A stretch of 64,000 nt of DNA from Centroscyllium fabricii (Eukaryota): the NCBI GenBank assembly GCA_051313645.2, contig JBNRSN020000014.1:138012001-138076000 (forward strand). Direction: 5' to 3'. The translations under genes and the position numbers were made by a program. Below are positions 13,338 through 32,000 of the stretch, piece by piece (position 1 is the first letter of the stretch; every line of letters starts with the position of its first letter). The notes under the pieces were generated by a model that did no database searches, had not been told where the DNA came from, and worked only from the letters and a program-made list of their open reading frames with translations.

Positions 13338-14180
13338 GGCCGAAAAAATGGCACTCTAACGCCGACCGATTAGCGCCCGAAAATGGGCGCTAGAGGTTTT
13401 AGTGCCGGCGCCAAAAGATTTGCGCTGTGCCGAAAATTCGGCAAGCGATTAGCGCTGGTGCTAACTGTTAGTGCGCGCTATTTGGTGCGCCTGAATCCTT
13501 GCTGATATCCTGGTGCAACGCCCGCCCCCAGGGCTGCACCCGAAATTGATGAGTGGCCGCCTAACTAACGCCCAGCGCGGCCCGCGGCAGCTTTCACAAA
13601 CGCAGCTGAGGTGATGTGGGGCCGCTGGGGCGTTCTTTAAAGGGAGACACTTCATCCCTTTCATGCGGTGGCCATTTTGTGGGCGATCGGAGACAGACAG
13701 AGGGATGTTAGGAGAGATACAGAGAGAGACAGAGGGAGGTGAGGGGAGATCGGTGACAGACAGAGGGAGGTTGGGATAGTTGCAGAGAGAGACAGAGTGA
13801 GGTGACGGGAGATCGGAGACAGACAGAGGGAGATGAGGAGAGCTACAGAGAGAGAGAGGCAGGTGAGGAGAGATACAGAGAGCGAGAGAGAGAGGTAAGG
13901 AGACATCATATACTGTTTCCCCTCCCCCTTTAAGAGCTGACCGGCAGCGCCAGCATTGCTGGGAAGGCCAGGAGTGGCAGATGGAGCACTGTGCCTGTGC
14001 TCGCCACTTAGCGCCTGAATATTAGCCGTTTGCACCTGTGCAATGCTTGATTTAGTGCTGTAACCTGCAAGGCCGACGCTAAAGCGAATATCGGGGGCTC
14101 CGGCAGATATTTGCACCTGGCACTAATTTTAGTGTGCCGAGGTTAGCGCCCCAATCCGTGCGCTGACCAATTTCTTGGCC
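13338..14180 (+). mobile_element. Non-autonomous Harbinger (MITE), subfamily A
   Basis: Termini ggccgaaaaaatgg ... ccaatttcttggcc, flanked by TAT on both sides; ends homologous to the 3139 element; internal GA-rich minisatellite ~13686-13900. Confidence 0.9.
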
Positions 14181-14478
14181 TATGTCTCTATGACTCTACC
14201 AGATCCTAATATCACACCCTGATATCACACCCTTATATCATACTCCAATATCACCCCTGATATCACACCCCGATATCACTCCCTGGTATCAATCCTGATA
14301 TCACACCCAATATCACTCCCGATATCACACCCCAATATTACACTCTGATATCACACCTCGATATCACTCCCGCTAACACACTCTGATATCACACATGGAT
14401 ATCACACCCGATAGCACACCCGGATATCACATTCTGATCTCGCTCCCAATATCACACCTTGAAAACACACCTCAATAT

Positions 14479-14890
14479 CATAGAAACATAGAAACATAGA
14501 AACTAGGAGCAGGAGTAGGCCATTCGGCCCTTCGAGCCTGCTCCGCCATTCAATGAGATCATGGCTGATCATCCAAACCCAGTACCCCGCCCCTGCCCTC
14601 TCCCCATATCCCTCGATCGCTATAGAGCCTCCATCAACACATATCCCACCCTATCCCCGTAACCCCACCTATTTAATCCCCCTAACACTAAGGGTCAATT
14701 TATCATGGCCAATCAACCTAACCCCGCACATCTTTGGACTGTGGGAGGAAACCGGAGCACCCGGAAGAAACCCACGCAGACACGGGGAGAATGTGCAAAC
14801 TCCACACAGATAGGACCCGAGGCTGGATTTGAACCCGGGTCTCCAGTGCTGTGAGGCAACAGTGCTATCCGCTGTGCCACCGTGCCGCCC
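14479..14890 (-). mobile_element. HE1-like V-SINE, full length
   Basis: (catagaaa)n tail, V-domain and tRNA head ending gtgccgccc on the plus strand. Confidence 0.93.
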
Positions 14891-17800
14891 TCAAAATATC
14901 ACACCTCAAAATCACACCCCGATATCACACCTCAATAACACACCTCGATATCACACCCTATTATCACACCTCAACATCTCACCCCAACTTCACACCCCAA
15001 TATCACACCCAGATAGTACACCCAATATCACACCCCAATATCACACCCAGATAGCACACCATGATATCACTCCTGATAACTCAATCAATATCACACCCAA
15101 AATCATACCCGCTATCACACACCGATATCACTACTGATATTACTGCAGATATCACAGCTGACGTCACACCCCGAATTCACCCCAAAATAACACCCTGAAA
15201 TCACACCCCAATAGCACACCTCGATATCTCTTCCAATATCACACCTCGATATCACTCCCGATATCACACCCGATATCACAACCCGATATCACTCCCGGTA
15301 TCACACACTGAAATCACACACCGATGTCACACCTCGATATCACTTCCGATATCACACCCGATATCACACTCCAAAATCACACCCAATATCACACCCCAAT
15401 ATCACTCCTGATATCACTACCAGTATCACACGCTGATATCAAACCCTGATATCACACCCCAATATCACACCCTGATATGCCTGCCGACATCAGACACCAT
15501 AACACTCCCGATATCACACACCAATATCACACCCCAATATCACACCGCAATATCACACCTCGATATCACTCCTGATATCACATGCCCCGATACCACACTC
15601 TGATATCACAACCGAATATCACACCCCAAATTCATACCTCGATATAATCTCCGATATCACACCCCATTAGCACACCTCAATATCACACCTAATATCACAC
15701 CCTGATATCACACACAGATAGCACACTCCCGATATCACTCCCAATATCACACCCGATGTCACTCCCCGATATCACACCCCGATATCACTCCTGAGATCAC
15801 TCCTGAGATCACATGCTGATATCAAACCCTAATATCACACCCTGATATCACATCTCGATATGTCTGCCGATATCACACGCCGATATCATTCCCGATATCA
15901 AACACTGATATCACACCCCAATATCACAACCCAATATCACACCCCGATATCAAACCCCGATATCACACCTTGATGACACACCTAATATCATGCCCCAATA
16001 TAATTCCCATGGTCACTTCCGATATTGCACCCAATACCATCCGGATATCACTCCTGATATCACACCCGATAACTCACCCCAATATTATACCCGATAACAC
16101 ACCCCGCTATCACTCCCAAAATCACACCCCGATATCACACACTGATATCACACCCCATGTCACACTGGAATATCACACCTTGATATCACACGCTGATATC
16201 ACTCTCAATATCACACCACAATATCATACACCGATATCACACTGCGATATCACACTCGAATATCACACCTTGATATCACACCTGGATATCACACCCCGAA
16301 TTCACACCTCGATATAATTTGAAATATCACACCCCAATATGGATATCACTCCTGAGATCACTCCCGGTATCTCACGCTGATATCAAACCCTGATATCACA
16401 CCCTGATATCGCACCTCGATATGTCTCCTAATATCACAACCCAATATCATTCCCAATATCACACACCGATATCACACCCGATATCACAACCCAATATCAC
16501 ACCAATATCAAACCCCGATATCACACCTTGATGTCACACCCAATATCATGCCCCAATATAACTTCCACGGTCACTTCCGATATAACACCCAATACCACTC
16601 TGGATATCACTCCCGATATCACACCCGATAACTCACCCCGATATTACTCCCGATATTGCACCCAATATCACACCCCAATATCACTCCCAAAATCACACCC
16701 CGATATCACACCCCGATATCACACCCTGATATCACACCCCGATATCACACTCAAATATCACACCTTGATATCACACCCTGATATCACACCTTGATGACAC
16801 ACCCAATATCAAGCCCCATTATAATTCCCATGGTCACTTCCAATATTGCACCCAATACCATCCGGATATCACTCCTGATATCACACCCGATAACTCATCC
16901 CGATATTATACCCGATATCACACCTCGATATCACTCCCACAATCACACCCCGATATCACACACTGATATCACACACCATGTCACACTGGAATATCACACC
17001 TTGATATCACACGCTGATATCACTCTCAATATCACACACCAATATCACACCACGATATCATACACCGATATCACACTGCGATATCACACTCGAATATCAC
17101 ACTCGAATATCACACCAGAATATCACACCTCAATATCACACCCCGAATTCACACCTCGATATAATTTGAAATATCACACCCCAATATGGATATCACTCCT
17201 GAGATCACTCCCGGTATCTCAGGCTGATATCAAACCCTGATATCACACCCTGATATCACACCTCGATATGTCTCCCAATATCACAACCCAATATCATTCC
17301 CAATATCACACACCGATATCACACCCCATATCACAACCCAATATCACACCAATATCAAACCCCGATATCACACCTTGATGTCACACCCAATATCATGCCC
17401 CAATATAACTTCCACGGTCACACCCCGATATCATACCCGATAACTCACCCCAATATTACTCCCGATATTGCACCCAATATCACACCCCGATATCACTCCC
17501 AAAATCACACCCCGATATCACACCCCGATATCACACTCAAATATCACACCTGGATATCACACCCTGATATCACTCCCAATATCACACCTCAATATCACAC
17601 CACAATATCACTCCCGATATCACACCCGATATCACTCCCGATATCACACTCCAATATCACACTCTAATATCACACCTTGATAACACACCAGGATATCACA
17701 CCCGGATATCACACCCGGATATCACACCCGGATATCACACCCCAAATTTACACCTCAATATCATTTGCGATATCACACTCCAATATCACACCCCGATATC

Positions 17801-20800
17801 ACACCCTGATAACACAACGCAATGTCACACCCCAATATCAAACCCCGATATCACTCCCAAAATCACACCCCGATATCACACACTGATATCACACCCCGTG
17901 TCACACTGGAATATCACACCTTGATATCACACGCTGATATCACTCTCAATATCACCCCCCGATATCACACCCCGATATCACACTCAAAATCACACCTTGA
18001 TATCACACCCTGATATCACACCCTGATATCACTCCCAATATCACACCTCAATATCACACCACAATATCACTCCCGATATCACACCCGGATATCACACCCC
18101 AAATTCACACCTCAATATCATTTGCGATATCACACCCCAATATCACACCCCGATATCACACCCTGATAACACAATGCAATGTCACACCCCAATATCAAAC
18201 CCCGACATCACACCTCGATATCACACCCAATATCATGTCCCAATATCATTCCCATGGTCACATCCGATGTCACACCCAATACCACTCCAGATATCACTCC
18301 TGATATCACACCCGATATCTCACCCCAATATTACTCCCAATATCACACCCCGATAACACACCCCGATATCACTCCTGATATCACTCTCGGTAGCACAACT
18401 CATATCACACCAAATATCACACCCAATATCACCTCCTGATCTCATTACTGATATCACTACAGATATCACACCCAATATCACACCCTGAAATCACATCCCA
18501 GTATCACATCCCAATAGACTCCCAATATCACACCCCAATATCACACCCCGATTTCACTCCAAATATCACACCCCGATATCGCACTCCGATATCACACACT
18601 GACATCACACCCTGATATCCCACCCTGAGGTCACACTCCAATATCACACCCAATATCACACCTGATATCACACCCAATATCACACCCCAGTATCACTCCT
18701 GATATCACTACCAGTATCACACGCTGATATCAAACACTGATATCACACCCCGATATCACACACCAATATCACTCCCGATATCACACACTGATATCACACC
18801 CCAATATCACACCTCAATATCAGTCCCGATATTACACCCCGATACCACACTCCAATATCACACCCGGATGTCACATCCCGAATGTGCACCTCGATATAAT
18901 TCACAATGTCACACACCGATATCACACACATTATCACACCCTGATATCACACACAGATAGCACACCCTGATATCACTCCCGATATTACTCCCGATATCAC
19001 ACCCGATGTCACACCCCGATATCACACCCCAATATCACTCCTGAGATCACTCCCGGTATCACATGCTGATATCAAACCCTGATATCACACCCAATATCAC
19101 ACCCCAATATCATTCCCGATATCCCACAACAATATCACACCCCATTATCATGGTCACTTCTGATATCACACCCAAAATCACTCCGGATATCACTCCTGAT
19201 ATAACACCCGATATCTCACCCCAATATTACTTCCGATATTACACCCAATATCACACCCTGATGTCTCTCCCAAACTCACACCCCAATATCACACACCGAT
19301 ATCACATGCCGATATCACTCCTGATATCACTACCAATAGCACAACTGATATCACACCCCAATAACACACCCCAATATCTTTCCAGATATCACACCTGATA
19401 TCACACCCTGATATCACTCCCGATGTCACACACTGATATCACAGCCCAATATCACACCACAATATCACATCCCGATATAACACCTCAATATCACTACTCG
19501 CTATCACACCCAATATCACACCCAGATAGCACACGCTGATATCATACTTTGATATCACTGCCGATATCATATCTCAATATCACACTCCAATATCACACTC
19601 CAATATCACACACCGATATCACTCCCGATATCACACCCAATATCACATGCCAATAACACACACGATATCACACCCCAATATCACCCCCAGACAGCATACC
19701 CCAAATTCACTCTAGGCATCACTCCTGATATCACACCCGATATCACACCCAATGTCACACCTCAATATCACACCCTGATATCACACCCGATATCACACCC
19801 TGATAACATTCCTGATATCTCACCCTGATATCACACCACGATATCACACCGCAATATCACACCCAGATATCACACCCAAAATCACATCCCGATATCACAC
19901 CCCGAAATCACACCACAATATCACGCTCTGATAACTTTCCCGATATCAGACCTGATATCGCACAATGATATCACTCTCGATATCACTCCCGATATCACAC
20001 CCTGATATCACACCATGCTATCACACCCTGATATCACAGCCTGATATCACACCTGATATCACACCCTAATATCGCAACCTGATATCACACCCTGATATCA
20101 CACCTCAATATCACATCCCTTTATAACACATGAATATCACACCTTGATACCACACTGCACTATCACACCCTGATGTCACACATTGGTATCACACCCAATA
20201 TCTCACCCTGATATCACACGATGATATCACACCCCATATCATTCCTGATATCAAACACTGATATCACACCCCGATATCACACCGCAACATCACACACCAA
20301 TATCACATTCGACATCACAACCCAATATCACACCTCAACATCACACCCCGATATCACACCCCAATATCTTTCCAGATATCACACCTGATATCACATCCTG
20401 ATATCACTCCCAATATCACACACTGATATTACAGCCCAATATCACAGCAGAATATCACATACCGATATCATTCTCCAACTCATACCTCAATATCACACCC
20501 GATATCACTCCCTAATATCACTCCTGATATCACACTCCAATTTCACACCCAGATATCACACTCCGATGTCACTCTCGATATCATACCTCGATATCACACT
20601 CTGATATCACACCCCGATATCACACCCGATATCACACACCGATATCACATTTGATATCACACCCCAATAACAAGATGCAATATAATACCCCAATATCACA
20701 CCCTGATATGACACACAATATCACACCCTGATATCACACCCAAATAGCACACCTCGATAACACTCCTGATATCACACCTGATATCACACCCGATATCACA

Positions 20801-23800
20801 CCTCGATATCACACCCAGATATCATTCCCGATATCACACCCCGATATCACACCACAATATCACACCACAATATCACACCCCGATATCACACACCGACATC
20901 GCACCCCGATACCACACCCAATATCACAACCCGATATCACACCCTGATATCACACCCCAATATCTTTCCCAATATCACACCTGATATCACACCCCGATAT
21001 CACTCCTGATATCCTACACTGATATCCTACACCCCGATATCATACCGCAACATCACACCCCGATATCACTCCCAATATCACACCCCGATATCACACCCCA
21101 ATATCTTTCCCAATATCACACCTGATATCACACCCTGACATCACTCCCGATATCAAACACTGATATCGCAGCCCGATATCACACCTGATATCACACCCTG
21201 ATATCTCACCCTAATATCACACCCCAATATCACATTCCAATATAAAACCTCAATATCACACATCGATATCACACCCCATTATCACGCCCCAATATCTCAC
21301 ACCCAATATCAAACCCAGACATCACAACTGATCTCACTCCTGATATCACACACTGATATCACAGCCCGATATCACACCTGATATCACACTCCAATTTCAC
21401 ACCCAGATATCACCCTCCGATGTCACTCTCGATATCATACCTCGATATCACACTCTGATATCACACCCCGATATCACACCCGATATCACACACCAATATC
21501 ACATTTGATATCACACCCCAATAACAAGATGCAATATAATACCCCAATATCACACCCTGATTTGACACACAATATCACACCCTGATATCACACCCAAATA
21601 GCACACCTCGATAACACTCCTGATATCACACCTGATATCACACCCAATATCACACCTCGATATCACATCCAGATATCATTCCCAATATCACACCCCAATA
21701 TCACACCACAATATCACACCACAATATCACACCCCGATATCACACACCAACATCGCACCCCGATACCACACCCAATATCACAACCCGATATCACACCCTG
21801 ATATCACACCCCAATATCTTTCCCAATATCACACCTGATATCACACCCCGATATCACTCCTGATATCCTACACTGATATCCTACACCCCGATATCACACC
21901 GCAACATCACACCCCGATATCACTCCCAATATCACACCCCAATATCACACCCCAATATCTTTCCCAATATCACACCTGACATCACACCCTGACATCACAC
22001 CCAATATCAAACCCAGACATCACAACTGATCTCACTCCTGATATCACACACTGATATCACAGCCCGATATCACACCTGATATCAAATCCCGATATCACAT
22101 CCTGATATCACAACCAACTATCACACCCCAATGTCACATCCTGATATAAAACCTCAATATCAATCCTCGATATCACACCCCACTATCACACCCTGATATC
22201 ACACCCAATAGCACACCCAGACAGCACATGCCAATATCATACTTTGATATCACTCCCGATATCATACCTTTGATATCACACCTGATATCACACCCCGATA
22301 TCACACCCGATAGCACACCCCAATAACACACATCAACATCAAACCCCCATATCAAGCTCCGATATCACACCCTGATATCACACATGATATCAAACCTTGA
22401 TATCACACCCAGACAGCACACCACAATTTCACTCCTGATATCACTCCCGATATTACACCTCGATATCACACCCGATGTCACACCCCGATATCACACCCCG
22501 ATATCACACCCCGATATCACACCCCGATATCACACCTGATCTCACTCCTGATATCACACACTGATATCACACCCCAATGTCACATCCCAATATAAAACCT
22601 CAATATCACACCCCGCTATTACCCCCTGATATCACACATCAATATCACACCCAATATCACACCTAGATAGCACATGCTGATATCATACTTTGATATCACT
22701 CCCGATATCATACCTCAATATCACACTCCGATATCACACCACGATATCACACCACGATATCACACCCGATATCACACCCGATATCACATTCGATATCATA
22801 CCCCGATATCAAGCTCCGTTATCACACCCCAATATCACACCCTGATATCACACATGATATCACACATGATATCACCCCGATATCACACCCAGACAGCACA
22901 CCCCAATTTCACTCCCGATATCACTCCCGATATCACACATCGATATCACACCCCGATATCACATGCCAATATCACACCCTGATATCATTCCTGATATCAC
23001 ACCCCGATATCACACCCCAATATCTTTCCCAATATCACACCTGATATCACACCCTGATATCACTCCCGATATCACACCCTGATATCACACCCCAATATCA
23101 CACCCCAATATCACATTCCAATATAAAACCTCAACATCACACATCGATATCACACCCCACTATCACACCCCGATATCACACACTCAATATTAAACCCAGA
23201 CATCACACCTGATCTCACTCCTGATATCATACACTGATATCACAGCCCGATATCACACCTGATATCTAATCCCGATATCACATCCTGATATCACAACCAA
23301 ATATCACACCCCATGTCACATCCTGATATAAAACCTCAATATCACACCTCGATATCACACCCCGCTATCACACCCTGATATCACACACAATATCACACCC
23401 AGACAGCACATGCCGATATCATACTTTGATATCACTCCCGATATCATACCTCAATATTACACTCTGATATCACACCCCAATATCACACCTGATATCACAC
23501 CCGATATCACATTCGACAACACACCCCAATAACACACATCAACATCAAACCCTGATATCAAGCTCCGATATCACACCCTGATATCACACACGATATCACA
23601 CCCCGATATCACACCCAGACAGCCCACCCCAATTTCACTCCTGATATCACTCCCAATATCACACCTCGATATCATACCCAATGTCACACCTTGATATCAC
23701 ACCCTGATATCACACCCCGATATCACACCTGATCTCACTCCTGATATCACGCACTGATATCACAGCCCGATATCACACCTGATATCAAATCCCAATATCA

Positions 23801-25824
23801 CATTCTGATATCACACCCTAATATCACAGCCCAATGTCACATCCCAATATAAAACCTCAATATCACACCCCGCTATTACCACCTGATATCACACATCAAT
23901 ATCACACCCAATATCACACCTAGATAGCACATGCTGATATCATACTTTGATATCACTCCCGATATCATACCTCAATATCACACTCCGATATTACACCACG
24001 CTATCACACCATGATATCACACCCGATATCACACCCGATATCACATTCGATATCACACCCCAATAACACACATCGATATCATACCCCGATATCACACCCC
24101 GATATCACACATGATATCACTCCCAATATCACACACTGATATTACAGCCCAATATCACAGCAGAATATCACATACCGATATCATTCTCCAACTCATACCT
24201 CAATATCACACCCGATATCACTCCCTAATATCACTCCTGATATCACACGTGGTTTCACACCTGAACATCACACCCGATATCACACGCTGATTTCACACCC
24301 AGATATCACACTCCAATGTCACTCCCAATATCATACTTTGATATAACACTCTGATATCACACCCCGATATCACACATGATATCACACCCCGATATCACAT
24401 TTGATGTCACACCCCAATAACAAGATGTGATATCGTTCCCGATATCACACCCTGATATCACACCGCAAAACCACACCCCGATATCACACACCGACTTCGC
24501 ACCCTGATACCACACCCGATATCACACCCCGATATCACACCAATATCACACCCCGATATCTTTCCCAATATAACACCTGATATCACACCCCAATATCACT
24601 CCCAATATCACACACTGATATTACACGCCGATATCACACCGCAACATCACACCCCGATATCACTCCCTATATCACATCACGATATCACACCCCGATATCA
24701 CACCCCGATATCTTTCCCAATATCACATCTGATATCACATGCTGATATCACTCCCAATATCATACACTGATACCACAGCACGATATCACAACTGATCTCA
24801 TATCCGGATATCACACCCTGATATCACACCCCAATGTCAGACCCCAATATCTTTCCAGATATCACACTTGATATCACACCCTGATATCACTCCCGATATC
24901 ACACACTGATATCACTCCCGATATCACACACTGATATCACACACTGATATCACAGCCCGATATCACACCCCAATATTTTTCCCAATATCACACCTGATAT
25001 CACAGCCCGATATCACACCCCAATATTTTTCCCAATATCACACACTGATATCACAGCCCGATATCACACCCCAATATTGTTCCCAATATCACACGCTGAT
25101 ACCACTCCCAATATCATACACTGATATCACAGCCCGATATCACAACTGACATCATATTCCGATATCACACCCCAATGTCACATCCCAATATCACATTCTG
25201 ATATAAAACCTCAATATCACACATCGATATCACACCCCACTATCACACCCTGATATCACAACTCAATATCAAACCCAGACAGCATATGTCGATATCATAC
25301 TTTGACATCTCTCCCAATATCATATTTCGATATCACAGTCCGATATCACACCCGATACCCCATTTGATATCACACCAAAATAATTTCAAACCCCAATATC
25401 AAGCTCCGATATTGCACCCCGATATCACACCCCGATATCACCCATGACATCACACCCCGATATCACACCTAGACAGCACACCCCAATTTCACTCCAAATA
25501 TCACTCCCAATATCAAACCCGATGTCACACCTCAATATCACACCCCGATATCACACCCCGATATCACAGCATGATATCATTCCTGATACCACACCCTGAT
25601 ATCACACCTCGATATCACACCCCAACATCACACCACGATATCAATCCCCAATATCACATCCCATTTTCACACCCCATATCAGTCCCCGATATCACAACCC
25701 AATATCACACCCGATATCACAGCCCGAGATCACAGCCGATATCACACCCCAACATCAAACCCAATATCACACCTCGATATTACACCCAGATATCGCACCC
25801 TGATATCACACCCTGATATCACAC

Positions 25825-26061
25825 TGTAGCGCTTGCACGACCCAAGAACCACACAGGAGCCGGAGAGACAGATAACACTTGTTTAATTAACACTACATAA
25901 CGAGAAAGAGACTGAACCATGAGGAGCAGGCTTATTTAAACTACCTGCCGCTCGTGACCTCATCATGCCGAGAGACGTGGTGACGTCATTGCGTCACCCG
26001 GTGGGCGGGGCTATGCCCCGCAGTGCTCCCGAGGCGATTCGCCAGCCGGCGTACCGCCACA
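25825..26061 (-). mobile_element. Solo LTR (237 bp), Gypsy family related to the 63459 element
   Basis: TG...CA termini, 4-bp TSD ACAC; reverse complement is homologous to the LTR at 63459-63703. Confidence 0.9.
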
Positions 26062-29000
26062 ACACAATGATATCATACCCGATTTCAAACCCCGATATCA
26101 CTCCCAATCACACACCCTAATATCACATCCGGATATCACACCCCTATATCACATACCGATATCACTCCCGATTCTCACATTCTCACACCCCATACCAGTC
26201 CCCGATATCACACCCCGATATCACACACAACATCACACCCCAATATCACACCCAGATAGCACACCTCGATTTCACTCCTGTTATCATACCCGATATCACA
26301 CCCAATATCACACCTTGATATCACACCCCAATATCACACCTGATATCATACCCCAATATCATTCCCGATATCACACCCCGATATCACACCATGATATCAC
26401 ACCACCATGTCACATCCCGATATCACACCCCGACATCGCACCCCAATACCACACCCGATATCATGCCCTGATATCACACCCTGATATCACGCCCCAGTAT
26501 CTTTCCCAATATCACACCTGATGTCGCACCCCGATATTACTCCTGATATCACACACTGATATCACACCCCGATATCACACCACAACATCACACCCAGATA
26601 TCACACCTGATATCACAACCCGATGTCACACCCTGATATCACACCCTGATATTGTACCCCAATATCTTTCCAGATATCACCCCTGATATCACTCCCAATA
26701 ACACACACTGATATCACAGCCCAATATCACAACACAATATCACATACCGATATCACTACCGATCTCACACCTCGATATCACACCCCGATATCACACCTGA
26801 TATCACTCCCAAATATCACTCCTGATATCACAGGTGATATCACACCCGAACATCACACCTGATATCACACTCCAATTTCACACCCAGATATCACACTCCG
26901 ATGTCACTCTCGATATCATACCTCGATATCACACTCTGATATCACACCCCGATATCACACCCGATATCACACACCGATATCACATTTGATATCACACCCC
27001 AATAACAAGATGCAATATAATACCCCAATATCACACCCTGATATGACACACAATATCACACCCTGATATCACACCCAAATAGCACACCTCGATAACACTC
27101 CTGATATCACACCTGATATCACACCCGATATCACACCTCGATATCACACCCAGATATCATGCCCGATATCACACCCCGATATCACACCACAATATCACAC
27201 CACAATATCACACCCCGATATCACACACCGACATCGCACCCCGATACCACACCCAATATCACAACCCGATATCACACCCTGATATCACACCCCAATATCT
27301 TTCCCAATATCACACCTGATATCACACTCCGATATCACTCCTGATATCCTACACTGATATCCTACACCCCGATATCATACCGCAACATCACACCACGATA
27401 TCACTCCCAATATCACACCCCGATATCACACCCCAATATCTTTCCCAATATCACACCTGATATCACACCCTGACATCACTCCCGATATCAAACACTGATA
27501 TCGCAGCCCGATATCACACCTGATATCACACCCTGATATCTCACCCTAATATCACACCCCAATATCACATTCCAATATAAAACCTCAATATCACACATCG
27601 ATATCACACCCCATTATCACGCCCCAATATCTCACACCCAATATCAAACCCAGACATCACAACTGATCTCACTCCTGATATCACACACTGATATCACAGC
27701 CCGATATCACACCTGATATCACACTCCAATTTCACACCCAGATATCACCCTCCGATGTCACTCTCGATATCATACCTCGATATCACACTCTGATATCACA
27801 CCCCGATATCACACCCGATATCACACACCAATATCACATTTGATATCACACCCCAATAACAAGATGCAATATAATACCCCAATATCACACCCTGATTTGA
27901 CACACAATATCACACCCTGATATCACACCCAAATAGCACACCTCGATAACACTCCTGATATCACACCTGATATCACACCCAATATCACACCTCGATATCA
28001 CATCCAGATATCATTCCCAATATCACACCCCGATATCACACCACAATATCACACCACAATATCACACCCCGATATCACACACCAACATCGCACCCCGATA
28101 CCACACCCAATATCACAACCCGATATCACACCCTGATATCACACCCCAATATCTTTCCCAATATCACACCTGATATCACACCCCGATATCACTCCTGATA
28201 TCCTACACTGATATCCTACACCCCGATATCACACCGCAACATCACACCCCGATATCACTCCCAATATCACACCCCAATATCACACCCCAATATCTTTCCC
28301 AATATCACACCTGACATCACACCCTGACATCACACCCAATATCAAACCCAGACATCACAACTGATCTCACTCCTGATATCACACACTGATATCAAATCCC
28401 GATATCACATCCTGATATCACAACCAACTATCACACCCCAATGTCACATCCTGATATAAAACCTCAATATCAATCCTCGATATCACACCCCACTATCACA
28501 CCCTGATATCACACCCAATAGCACACCCAGACAGCACATGCCAATATCATACTTTGATATCACTCCCGATATCATACCTTTGATATCACACCTGATATCA
28601 CACCCCGATATCACACCCGATAGCACACCCCAATAACACACATCAACATCAAACCCCCATATCAAGCTCCGATATCACACCCTGATATCACACATGATAT
28701 CAAACCATGATATCACACCCAGACAGCACACCACAATTTCACTCCTGATATCACTCCCGATATTACACCTCGATATCACACCCGATGTCACACCCCGATA
28801 TCACACCCCGATATCACACCCCGATATCACACCCCGATATCACACCCCGATATCACACCTGATCTCACTCCTGATATCACACACTGATATCACACCCCAA
28901 TGTCACATTCCAATATAAAACCTCAATATCACACCCCGCTATTACCCCCTGATATCACACATCAATATCACACCCAATATCACACCTAGATAGCACATGC

Positions 29001-32000
29001 TGATATCATACTTTGATATCACTCCCGATATCATACCTCAATATCACACTCCGATATCACACCACGATATCACACCACGATATCACACCCGATATCACAC
29101 CCGATATCACATTCGATATCATACCCCGATATCAAGCTCCGTTATCACACCCCAATATCACACCCTGATATCACACATGATATCACACATGATATCACCC
29201 CGATATCACACCCAGACAGCACACCCCAATTTCACTCCCGATATCACTCCCGATATCACACATCGATATCACACCCTGATATCACATGCCAATATCACAC
29301 CCTGATATCATTCCTGATATCACACCCCGATATCACACCCCAATATCTTTCCCAATATCACACCTGATATCGCACCCTGATATCACTCCCGATATCACAC
29401 CCTGATATCACACCCCAATATCACACCCCAATATCACATTCCAATATAAAACCTCAACATCACACATCGATATCACACCCCACTATCACACCCCGATATC
29501 ACACACTCAATATTAAACCCAGACATCACACCTGATCTCACTCCTGATATCATACACTGATATCACAGCCCGATATCACACCTGATATCTAATCCCGATA
29601 TCACATCCTGATATCACAACCAAATATCACACCCCATGTCACATCCTGATATAAAACCTCAATATCACACCTCGATATCACACCCCGCTATCACACCCTG
29701 ATATCACACACAATATCACACCCAGACAGCACATGCCGATATCATACTTTGATATCACTCCCGATATCATACCTCAATATTACACTCTGATATCACACCC
29801 CAATATCACACCTGATATCACACCCGATATCACATTCGATAACACACCCCAATAACACACATCAACATCAAACCCTGATATCAAGCTCCGATATCACACC
29901 CTGATATCACACACGATATCACACCCCGATATCACACCCAGACAGCCCACCCCAATTTCACTCCTGATATCACACACCAACATCGCACCCCGATACCACA
30001 CCCAATATCACAACCCGATATCACACCCTGATATCACACCCCAATATCTTTCCCAATATCACACCTGATATCACACCCCGATATCACTCCTGATATCCTA
30101 CACTGATATCCTACACCCCGATATCACACCGCAACATCACACCCCGATATCACTCCCAATATCACACCCCAATATCACACCCCAATATCTTTCCCAATAT
30201 CACACCTGACATCACACCCTGACATCACACCCAATATCAAACCCAGACATCACAACTGATCTCACTCCTGATATCACACACTGATATCACAGCCCGATAT
30301 CACACCTGATATCAAATCCCGATATCACATCCTGATATCACAACCAACTATCACACCCCAATGTCACATCCTGATATAAAACCTCAATATCAATCCTCGA
30401 TATCACACCCCACTATCACACCCTGATATCACACCCAATAGCACACCCAGACAGCACATGCCAATATTATACTTTGATATCACTCCCGATATCATACCTT
30501 TGATATCACACCTGATATCACACCCCGATATCACACCCGATAGCACACCCCAATAACACACATCAACATCAAACCCCCATATCAAGCTCCGATATCACAC
30601 CCTGATATCACACATGATATCAAACCATGATATCACACCCAGACAGCACACCACAATTTCACTCCTGATATCACTCCCGATATTACACCTCGATATCACA
30701 CCCGATGTCACACCCCGATATCACACCCCGATATCACACCCCGATATCACACCCCGATATCACACCCCGATATCACACCTGATCTCACTCCTGATATCAC
30801 ACACTGATATCACACCCCAATGTCACATTCCAATATAAAACCTCAATATCACACCCCGCTATTACCCCCTGATATCACACATCAATATCACACCCAATAT
30901 CACACCTAGATAGCACATGCTGATATCATACTTTGATATCACTCCCGATATCATACCTCAATATCACACTCCGATATCACACCACGATATCACACCACGA
31001 TATCACACCCGATATCACACCCGATATCACATTCGATATCATACCCCGATATCAAGCTCCGTTATCACACCCCAATATCACACCCTGATATCACACATGA
31101 TATCACACAGGATATCACCCCGATATCACACCCAGACAGCACACCCCAATTTCACTCCCGATATCACTCCCGATATCACACATCGATATCACACCCCGAT
31201 ATCACATGCCAATATCACACCCTGATATCATTCCTGATATCACACCCCGATATCACACCCCAATATCTTTCCCAATATCACACCTGATATCACACCCTGA
31301 TATCACTCCCGATATCACACCCTGATATCACACCCCAATATCACACCCCAATATCACATTCCAATATAAAACCTCAACATCACACATCGATATCACACCC
31401 CACTATCACACCCCGATATCACACACTCAATATTAAACCCAGACATCACACCTGATCTCACTCCTGATATCATACACTGATATCACAGCCCGATATCACA
31501 CCTGATATCTAATCCCGATATCACATCCTGATATCACAACCAAATATCACACCCCATGTCACATCCTGATATAAAACCTCAATATCACACCTCGATATCA
31601 CACCCCGCTATCACACCCTGATATCACACACAATATCACACCCAGACAGCACATGCCGATATCATACTTTGATATCACTCCCGATATCATACCTCAATAT
31701 TACACTCTGATATCACACCCCAATATCACACCTGATATCACACCCGATATCACATTCGATAACACACCCCAATAACACACATCAACATCAAACCCTGATA
31801 TCAAGCTCCGATATCACACCCTGATATCACACACGATATCACACCCCGATATCACACCCAGACAGCCCACCCCAATTTCACTCCTGATATCACTCCCAAT
31901 ATCACACCTCGATATCATACCCAATGTCACACCTTGATATCACACCCTGATATCACACCCCGATATCACACCTGATCTCACTCCTGATATCACGCACTGA